Source of the DNA: a virus | IMG/VR virus record: IMGVR_UViG_3300018494_000062 | Strand: one strand, 5' to 3' | Length of the DNA: 37,603 bases | In this document: one piece after another, positions 32,878 through 37,603 of the stretch | Layout: each line of letters begins with the position of its first letter | Numbering within the stretch: position 1 is the first letter of the stretch | Notes under the pieces: model-generated | The model's database searches: none | What the model was told of the DNA's origin: nothing | Seen by the model: the letters and a program-made list of their open reading frames with translations, nothing else | Made by a program: the position numbers and the translations under genes

Positions 32878-33531
32878 CTAAAAATTCGGTAAAATCAAAC
32901 CTGGCTTCTGCCTTGATTCAACCTTTTCCCAAAATCGTTTTTCTTCTTTTGCAAGATATTGAATGTCATCTTCAACATCAATTCTTTCAATTGGATAGTG
33001 TTTTATTTGTATGTATGGAATACCATTGAACACTGTTTTCAATCGACCTTTTAAAATGGCAAAATCCGCTTCCATAATCAAAAAGCCATGAAGAAGTTGT
33101 ATGTAATAATTATCAGGAAGTCTGTCTTTCCATTTCTCTTTTTGCATACTCTGAAGAATTTCTGTTGTTTTGATTTCCAAAATCCCTTTTCTGCCGTTTT
33201 CATCTGTCAGCCAACCATCCGCTGAATAATGCCCCCAGGGGTATTTGTCATTCAAAAATAGGTTGTTTTCTTTATAAAAGACTTGATATTCAGGGAAATC
33301 CAGTTCAAACAGTTTCCGCATAAGTGGTTCAGCTTCTGTGCCAAATTTCACATAAGACTTGTCTGAAATATCTTCTGGCACAACTTGTCCAGTCTTTTCA
33401 AGCCATAAATCAATGTTTGACTTGTAGGGATTCATGCCAACTATTGCACTGGCATCTGAACCACCAATTGTGTTGCTTCTTGCTTCCAACCATTCTTCAT
33501 GACTTGCAAGGATTTTCATTTCAACCGACAT
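32878..33531 (-). CDS. YqaJ-like (lambda-Exo-type) recombination exonuclease
   Basis: SHEEWLEARSNTIGGSDASAIVGMNPYKSNIDLWLEKTG is the YqaJ N-terminal pattern. Start moved to the ATG at 33531 (GAAGGAAGTGGTG SD). Confidence 0.85.
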   Translation of the reverse strand: MSVEMKILASHEEWLEARSNTIGGSDASAIVGMNPYKSNIDLWLEKTGQVVPEDISDKSYVKFGTEAEPLMRKLFELDFPEYQVFYKENNLFLNDKYPWGHYSADGWLTDENGRKGILEIKTTEILQSMQKEKWKDRLPDNYYIQLLHGFLIMEADFAILKGRLKTVFNGIPYIQIKHYPIERIDVEDDIQYLAKEEKRFWEKVESRQKPGLILPNF

Positions 33532-33724
33532 CTTGCACCACTTCCTTCTGTGGCTTATATCCGTTTGCATACATAAACAGGGCAATCCATGCAAGTGATA
33601 TAAAACAAGCAACAACAGGAATGCTTGATTCTGAATCAAGTGCAGTCATTGACAACAGCCAGACAACCGCCATTATTTTTGTGATTGTTTTCAAAACAAA
33701 TGCTTTGATTTTTGATTTTTTCAT
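33521..33724 (-). CDS. 67-aa two-TM membrane protein
   Basis: MKKSKIKAFVLKTITKIMAVVWLLSMTAL...VVACFISLAWIALFMY. ATG at 33724 follows GAAGGGGTGG. Confidence 0.5.
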   Translation of the reverse strand: MKKSKIKAFVLKTITKIMAVVWLLSMTALDSESSIPVVACFISLAWIALFMYANGYKPQKEVVQDVG

Positions 33725-33737
33725 CTTGTCCACCCCT

Positions 33738-33971
33738 TCATTCTTCAATGTCTTCAAGCTTGCCGAACAGTTTTTCTTCAATGTTTTCCATTGTCACACC
33801 ATCTGTTGCAAGCTGTTGACCTCGTTTTTCCATTGTTCGCAACTGATACATGTATTGTCTTCTTTTATATTTGATTCTGATTTCTTTCTTTGCCAGTTGA
33901 ACATCTTCAGAATTCAGCAATCTTTCAATTTCCATTTCAACTTGTTCATCCGTCAACCAATCTTTTGCCAT
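33738..33971 (-). CDS. 77-aa hypothetical protein
   Basis: GAAAGGATGA SD. Charged and helical. No family recognised. Confidence 0.5.
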   Translation of the reverse strand: MAKDWLTDEQVEMEIERLLNSEDVQLAKKEIRIKYKRRQYMYQLRTMEKRGQQLATDGVTMENIEEKLFGKLEDIEE

Positions 33972-33977
33972 TTCATT

Positions 33978-34136
33978 TCATCCTTTCAAACTCATAAGCA
34001 GTCTTACAGCTGCTTTTTCAATTTTTTTCATCCTTTGGTTTCTTTCTTCTTCTGTTATGTCAGGAATGAACACATTCACTGTCATATTTGGGAACTTAAA
34101 TTCTTTTACTTCTTTGTAAGTGTCCATTGCCTTCAT
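33978..34136 (-). CDS. 52-aa hypothetical early protein
   Basis: My translation is MKAMDTYKEVKEFKFPNMTVNVFIPDITEEERNQRMKKIEKAAVRLLMSLKG. GAAAGGAAG SD. Confidence 0.5.
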   Translation of the reverse strand: MKAMDTYKEVKEFKFPNMTVNVFIPDITEEERNQRMKKIEKAAVRLLMSLKG

Positions 34137-34203
34137 TGAAACACTTCCTTTCATTGTTATTTCATCTTATGTTCAGGATGTTTGTCCTGATGTCTGGTGC
34201 TTT

Positions 34204-34422
34204 TTATGCACCAACTTCAGCAAAAAAAATAGACTGCTTTTCTTCAAGACTGTCAATGTTTAATTCTTCGCAAAGAATTTGAATCTGACTTGCTTTAAAT
34301 TCTGCCTTGTTTGTGCAACAATTACGGAATCCAGCAGGTGTCAAACCGACTTTTTTTGCCAAGAATGATTTTTTCTTTCCTGATTCTGCAATCTTTGATT
34401 CTAATAATTCAAGATTATTCAT
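34204..34422 (-). CDS. Cro-like XRE-family HTH regulator (first gene of the early lytic operon)
   Basis: KKSFLAKKVGLTPAGFRNCCTNKAEF is an HTH. It is divergent from the repressor gene. GGAAGGGGGA SD. Confidence 0.75.
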   Translation of the reverse strand: MNNLELLESKIAESGKKKSFLAKKVGLTPAGFRNCCTNKAEFKASQIQILCEELNIDSLEEKQSIFFAEVGA

Positions 34423-34454
34423 TTACGTTTTCCCCCTTCCACTACATTTTGTGG

Positions 34455-34467
34455 TGCATTTAATGCA
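34455..34467. promoter_or_regulatory. Operator candidate TGCATT-T-AATGCA
   Basis: 6-bp perfect inverted arms located at about +1 of the early lytic promoter. It overlaps one copy of the 9-bp repeat ATGCAACAA (34463-34471). Confidence 0.45.
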
Positions 34468-34475
34468 ACAACATC

Positions 34476-34504
34476 AATATAGCACCTTTTGAATTAAAAG
34501 TCAA
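34476..34504 (-). promoter_or_regulatory. Early lytic promoter
   Basis: The minus strand reads TTGACT (34504-34499), a 17-nt spacer, then TATATT (34481-34476). Confidence 0.6.
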
Positions 34505-34534
34505 TACTTTTTTCGAAAAAATTAAATATTTATA

Positions 34535-34563
34535 TTGCTTTTTATGCAACAAACCTTTATAAT
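34535..34563 (+). promoter_or_regulatory. Repressor (maintenance) promoter
   Basis: TTGCTT (34535-34540), a 17-nt spacer, then TATAAT (34558-34563). The second ATGCAACAA copy (34544-34552) lies in the spacer. Confidence 0.55.
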
Positions 34564-34586
34564 AAGGGAAAAAGGTGGTGCATTAC

Positions 34587-34940
34587 ATGTCAAAAAATAT
34601 AGGTGAAAAAATAAAAATCCGCAGAAATGAACTTGGATGGACATTGCGTGAATTAGCTGACCGCATGGGATATGCCAATCATTCAACTGTTGCAAGAATA
34701 GAATCAGGAAAAGTGGACATCCCACAATCAAAGGTGGTGAAATTTGCTGAAGTAATGGGAACAACAGTGGCTTTCTTGATGGATTGGGAAAAAGTGCAAA
34801 AAAATAATGATGTCATGGCTGACATCATTATAAGAATGCGAACTGATGAAGATTTTCTTTCTGTTGTTGAATCATTATACAAACTTGATTCTGAAAAAAT
34901 TGTTGGTGTGAAACAGATGCTGTCAGCTTTTTTGAAGTAA
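34587..34940 (+). CDS. CI-like XRE-family HTH repressor without a peptidase domain
   Basis: IGEKIKIRRNELGWTLRELADRMGYANHSTVARIESGKVDIP is an HTH_XRE pattern. It is 117 aa from the ATG at 34587 (AAGGTGGTG SD). No S24 Ser/Lys domain is present. Confidence 0.8.
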   Translation: MSKNIGEKIKIRRNELGWTLRELADRMGYANHSTVARIESGKVDIPQSKVVKFAEVMGTTVAFLMDWEKVQKNNDVMADIIIRMRTDEDFLSVVESLYKLDSEKIVGVKQMLSAFLK

Positions 34941-35021
34941 TTTCAAAATAAGGTCAAACAATGAAGGATCGTTGCATTGATTTAATAGATTGACAATTTC
35001 TGAAATATACTGTTCTTTCAT
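34923..35021 (-). CDS. 32-aa hypothetical peptide (candidate antirepressor or regulator)
   Basis: MKEQYISEIVNLLNQCNDPSLFDLILKLLQKS. GAAAGGA lies 8 nt upstream of the ATG at 35021. The longer track ORF to 35111 has no SD. Its 3' end overlaps the repressor gene by 18 nt in convergent orientation. Confidence 0.4.
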   Translation of the reverse strand: MKEQYISEIVNLLNQCNDPSLFDLILKLLQKS

Positions 35022-35049
35022 GTGAATCATCCTTTCATTTACCAGGGCA

Positions 35050-35063
35050 AGAACATCTGTTCT
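35050..35063. promoter_or_regulatory. LexA (Cheo-box)-like palindrome AGAACATCTGTTCT
   Basis: It contains the Firmicutes LexA core GAAC-N4-GTTC. It lies between the divergent 32-aa ORF and the 190-aa/integrase operon. Confidence 0.4.
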
Positions 35064-35068
35064 GAAAT

Positions 35069-35111
35069 AATGTTCTGAAAACATTCTATAATAACAAAAT
35101 ATTAAAAACAA
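35069..35111. promoter_or_regulatory. Face-to-face divergent promoters with a palindrome AATGTT-N5-AACATT
   Basis: The minus strand has TTGTTT (35111-35106), a 17-nt spacer, then TAGAAT (35088-35083). The plus strand has TATAAT (35087-35092) with a weak -35. The palindrome at 35069-35085 overlaps the minus-strand -10 and abuts the plus-strand -10. Confidence 0.4.
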
Positions 35112-35146
35112 TGGTAATTTTTATTAAATAAGAAAGGTAAATAAGT

Positions 35147-35719
35147 ATGAAGTTTTTTAATTTTTTTAAAAGTGTTGATAATAAAAAGCCAACAGTTGAT
35201 TTAGAGCATTTAACACCAGAAGGTGAATTGCCTTGGGGATGGTATGCTTACACAAAAGAATTCACCGATAAAATCAACACTGAATATTCATATTTTTTGA
35301 ATATGTGGCTTGATTCAAAAAACAAATCCCCAAAAGAATTGTATTCAGCATTAAAGTCATTTATTTTATATCTTGAAGATGTTGAAAAACTATGCAAAAC
35401 AAAAGGTGAATGTTTTGAATTTTGGTATTATGAAATTTTAACAACAAAAGACTATGCCGAAAAACGAAAAAAAGAACTGGAAGAATTGACAACAAATCTC
35501 GATCATCTGCAAGAAATTTATATCAAGAAACAAAAACTGTTGCCGACAGTGATTGAACTATTAAAAGCAAATGATGGAATTTTGCAATCAGAATTCAAAG
35601 AATTATTTGATGAACCTTTTCAAAGTGATGTGTCAAATATTCTTTATCAAATGCACAAAGATGGTAAATTGGAAAAAACAAAGCATGGCAAAAGTTACAT
35701 TTTACATTATAAAGAATAA
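35147..35719 (+). CDS. 190-aa hypothetical protein with a possible C-terminal winged-helix segment
   Basis: GAAAGG SD. The C-terminus LLPTVIELLKANDGILQSEFKELF...ILYQMHKDGKLEKTKHGKSYIL looks like a wHTH. It lies between the repressor and the integrase. Confidence 0.6.
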   Translation: MKFFNFFKSVDNKKPTVDLEHLTPEGELPWGWYAYTKEFTDKINTEYSYFLNMWLDSKNKSPKELYSALKSFILYLEDVEKLCKTKGECFEFWYYEILTTKDYAEKRKKELEELTTNLDHLQEIYIKKQKLLPTVIELLKANDGILQSEFKELFDEPFQSDVSNILYQMHKDGKLEKTKHGKSYILHYKE

Positions 35720-35802
35720 ATAATTGTACTGCACAAATAAAGGTGGTGATGCAAAAAAATATGCCCCAGCAACAAGAAAAAACATAAAAGGAAGGTGAAA
35801 AT

Positions 35803-37440
35803 ATGTATAGGTATGAAAAAATTGAATTCAGACCAGAAGAAATTCTTGACTATTTGAGAAAGTCGCAAAGTGATGATCCATTGCTGACAGTTGAAGAAGT
35901 TCTTGAAAAACATGAAGCAATTTTGGATGAATGGGATGAAAGACATCTTGATGCAAAAGTTCCTGAAGAAAATCGTTTTCGTGAGATTGTATCAGGTGAA
36001 ACAATCAAAGAAAGACCAGAAATCAACAAATTGCTTCGATTGATTGAATCCCCAAAATATAAAGCTGTGAAAGTGGTTGAACCGCAAAGGTTAACTCGTG
36101 GGGATTTGGAAGATATTGGGCGAATAATGAAATTGTTCAAACATACAAACACCTATGTTATAACACCAGAAAGAATTTACGATTTAAGGGATGAATATGA
36201 CTGGAATGCAATTGAAAGTGAATTGAAAAGGGGAAATGACTATCTTAATTATTACAAGAAAATTCAAAACAGGGGAAGATTGCTTTCAGTCAGTCAAGGA
36301 AATTATTTAGGTTCTGTTGCCCCTTATGGATTTGACAAAACATATGTGATGGATGGCAAAAGAAAATGTCCAACACTAAAAGAAAACAAAGAAGAAGCGG
36401 ATGTTGTAAGACTGATATTTGATTTGTATGTAAACAAAGACATGGGATGTGCAAAAATATGCAACTATCTTGACAATATGGGCATAAAAGCACCAAAAAG
36501 CAAACACTGGTCACAAGCTGCATTGAAAGACAAACTTTCCAATATACACTATATTGGCAAAGTCAAATGGAATTGGCGAAAAACCATTGATGTTGTTGAA
36601 GAAGGTGAATTCATCAAGACAAGACCAAGAGCAAAAATTGGTGAATATTTAATCTATGAAGGAAGACATGAAGGAATTGTTCCAGAAGACCTTTTCAATG
36701 CAGCACAAGAAAAAAGGGGAAGAAATCACAGAGCCAAACCAACAACAAAAATCAGAAATCCACTTGCAAGCATTTTGTGGTGTAAATGTGGAAGGTCAAT
36801 GTCATATAGAACATTTAAGAACAAAGACGGAAGTGAAAAAACAGCACCCAGATTGTCTTGTGAAGGTCAGAAATACTGCAAAAATGGTTCTTGCACATAT
36901 GAAGAAATAATCAATAGAATTGTAGAAGTTTTGGAACAATGCATTGAAGATTTTGAATTGAGAATCAAAAATGATGAAGGTGATTCAATCAAATTGCATG
37001 CAAGTTTGATTAAAAACCTTGAAAAGAAAATGAAAGACCTGGAAGCAAGAGAACTGGCACAATGGGAAGCACAATCACATCCTGATCCTTCACAAAGAAT
37101 GCCAGTGGAAATCTTCAGAAAGTTGAATGAAAACTTGCTGAAGGAAAAAGAAGAAATCCAACAGGCACTGTGCAAAGCACATGCATCCATGCCAGAACCA
37201 GTTGATTATGAAGAAAAAATGAAAAAATTCAAAGATGCCCTTGAAGCATTAAAGAATCCTGAAGCGGATGCAGCAACACAAAACAAACTTTTGAAGGAAT
37301 GTATTGACCGCATTGAATACCAAAGGGAAAAACCTGAAAGAATGAAAAAAGAACCTGGCGAACCAAAAGGAACAAGATTTGAAGTCGGTGGTGACTGGAC
37401 AAAACCGCCAATACACCTTGATATTAAACTGAAAGTATAA
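35803..37440 (+). CDS. int: Large serine recombinase (integrase)
   Basis: The catalytic motif is YLRKSQSD. A recombinase domain (YGFDK...VVRLIFDLY) follows, then a zinc ribbon (CKCGRSM...CEGQKYCKNGSC) and a long C-terminal coiled coil. AAGGAAGGTGA SD. Confidence 0.92.
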   Translation: MYRYEKIEFRPEEILDYLRKSQSDDPLLTVEEVLEKHEAILDEWDERHLDAKVPEENRFREIVSGETIKERPEINKLLRLIESPKYKAVKVVEPQRLTRGDLEDIGRIMKLFKHTNTYVITPERIYDLRDEYDWNAIESELKRGNDYLNYYKKIQNRGRLLSVSQGNYLGSVAPYGFDKTYVMDGKRKCPTLKENKEEADVVRLIFDLYVNKDMGCAKICNYLDNMGIKAPKSKHWSQAALKDKLSNIHYIGKVKWNWRKTIDVVEEGEFIKTRPRAKIGEYLIYEGRHEGIVPEDLFNAAQEKRGRNHRAKPTTKIRNPLASILWCKCGRSMSYRTFKNKDGSEKTAPRLSCEGQKYCKNGSCTYEEIINRIVEVLEQCIEDFELRIKNDEGDSIKLHASLIKNLEKKMKDLEARELAQWEAQSHPDPSQRMPVEIFRKLNENLLKEKEEIQQALCKAHASMPEPVDYEEKMKKFKDALEALKNPEADAATQNKLLKECIDRIEYQREKPERMKKEPGEPKGTRFEVGGDWTKPPIHLDIKLKV

Positions 37441-37458
37441 GGGCAAATTTTTTTGCCC
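37441..37458 (+). terminator. Hairpin immediately after the integrase stop
   Basis: GGGCAAA-tttt-TTTGCCC. No clear downstream T-run, so confidence is moderate. Confidence 0.5.
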
Positions 37459-37462
37459 TACC

Positions 37463-37510
37463 ATATCCAACATCAAGGCACAAGTTCATTTGGCATTTGA
37501 TGTTGGATAT
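37463..37510. other. Candidate attP: 14-bp perfect inverted repeat with a 20-bp spacer
   Basis: ATATCCAACATCAA (37463-37476) and TTGATGTTGGATAT (37497-37510) are reverse complements. The site lies 23 bp downstream of the serine integrase gene. The right arm recurs at 17-30 through the terminal repeat. Confidence 0.5.
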
Positions 37511-37603
37511 AATTGAAAACCCTGAAGGGAAGCGGATTTTATGAACACACTTGGAAAACTTGAAAGATTGCTGATGCAGGGAAGAATCACTGAAGAAGAA
37601 TAC
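37481..37603. repeat. Right copy of the 123-bp terminal direct repeat
   Basis: Identical to 1-123. It includes a truncated second copy of the 61..219 ORF starting at 37541. Confidence 0.97.

Larger units (their letters stand above)
1..37480. mobile_element. Complete temperate siphovirus-type phage genome (one unit length; ends of the window overlap)
   Basis: Exact 123-bp terminal redundancy closes the sequence. A full set of lysogeny, replication, packaging, head, tail and lysis genes is present with no flanking host-like genes. Confidence 0.9.

Noticed and set aside
32878-33639. Long N-terminal extensions in the ORF track (33639 for the exonuclease, 31003 for recT, 27316 for the organiser, 28824 for DUF1064, 2120 for the endolysin, 35111 for the 32-aa ORF)
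   Set aside because: The extensions lack SDs, overlap the upstream genes and encode hydrophobic or odd sequence. In each case an internal start codon preceded by a GGAGG-type SD coincides with the start of the recognisable domain.
33324-34139. 271-aa plus-strand ORF across the early region
   Set aside because: It lies antisense to four SD-preceded minus-strand genes, including the YqaJ-like exonuclease. The product is Cys/Phe-rich nonsense-like sequence and there is no SD.
34522-34764. 80-aa minus-strand ORF antisense to the repressor gene and its promoter
   Set aside because: It overlaps the well-supported HTH repressor gene and its promoter, has no SD, and encodes an implausible product.
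1-37603. Interpretation of the 123-bp terminal repeats as attL/attR of an integrated prophage or as LTR-like ends of a transposon
   Set aside because: No host DNA flanks the repeats. The integrase is a serine recombinase, which has a 2-bp crossover and does not generate long duplicated att cores. The repeat boundary is also offset by about 6 bp from the centre of the attP-like dyad rather than coinciding with it. Circular closure explains the repeats more simply.
1-37603. Alternative genetic code (TAG or TGA recoding), as seen in some gut phages
   Set aside because: All structural and replication genes are full length and contiguous under the standard code. No gene appears split by an in-frame TAG or TGA.

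Overview
The window is a complete, self-closing genome of a temperate, AT-rich siphovirus-type phage. The unit length is about 37,480 bp, and bases 1-123 recur exactly at 37481-37603. The tail module has a tape measure, Dit and Tal but no sheath. The host is probably a Firmicutes/Clostridia bacterium; that is an inference from GGAGG-type Shine-Dalgarno (SD) sites, a large serine integrase and a PG_binding-type endolysin. Nearly the whole lytic programme lies on the minus strand, read from 34422 down to 1164. In order it holds a Cro-like regulator and small early genes, then a recombination/replication module: YqaJ-like exonuclease, orphan NPPY methyltransferase, DUF1351-like protein, RecT, SSB, DUF1064-like nuclease, and a replisome organiser with internal iterons. 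Next come a sigma-region-4-like late activator, terS, terL, portal, a MuF/gp7-like head protein, scaffold, major capsid, four neck proteins and the major tail protein. The tail and lysis end holds G/T chaperones with a TTTTTTC -1 slippery site, a 1273-aa tape measure, Dit, Tal, a receptor-binding protein, holin, a TM protein and an amidase endolysin. Two plus-strand islands flank a putative attP, a 14-bp perfect inverted repeat just 3' of the integrase. One is the lysogeny module (CI-like HTH repressor, a 190-aa unknown, large serine recombinase). The other is a small accessory operon at 61-1037. I recognised no rRNA, tRNA, CRISPR array, transposase or reverse transcriptase. Six things are most worth follow-up. 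(1) A 3.8-kb fibre/receptor-binding cassette sits ectopically between the MuF and scaffold genes, insulated by terminators and bracketed by a 14-bp direct repeat. (2) The MuF protein carries a ~310-aa C-terminal extension, followed by an overlapping 72-aa ORF, which is the layout of MuF polymorphic toxin/immunity pairs. (3) At the prophage arm, an operator-controlled operon of tiny, very acidic ORFs plus an RHH protein looks like an acr/aca anti-defence locus. (4) A GAAC-N4-GTTC (LexA/Cheo-type) box sits between a 32-aa ORF and the 190-aa/integrase operon, next to a repressor with no peptidase domain. (5) A -10/-35 pair straddles the presumed attP crossover. (6) A 206-bp spacer between terL and portal carries a terminator and an antisense Cys-rich micro-ORF. 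All family names come from motif recognition by eye. No database search was run.
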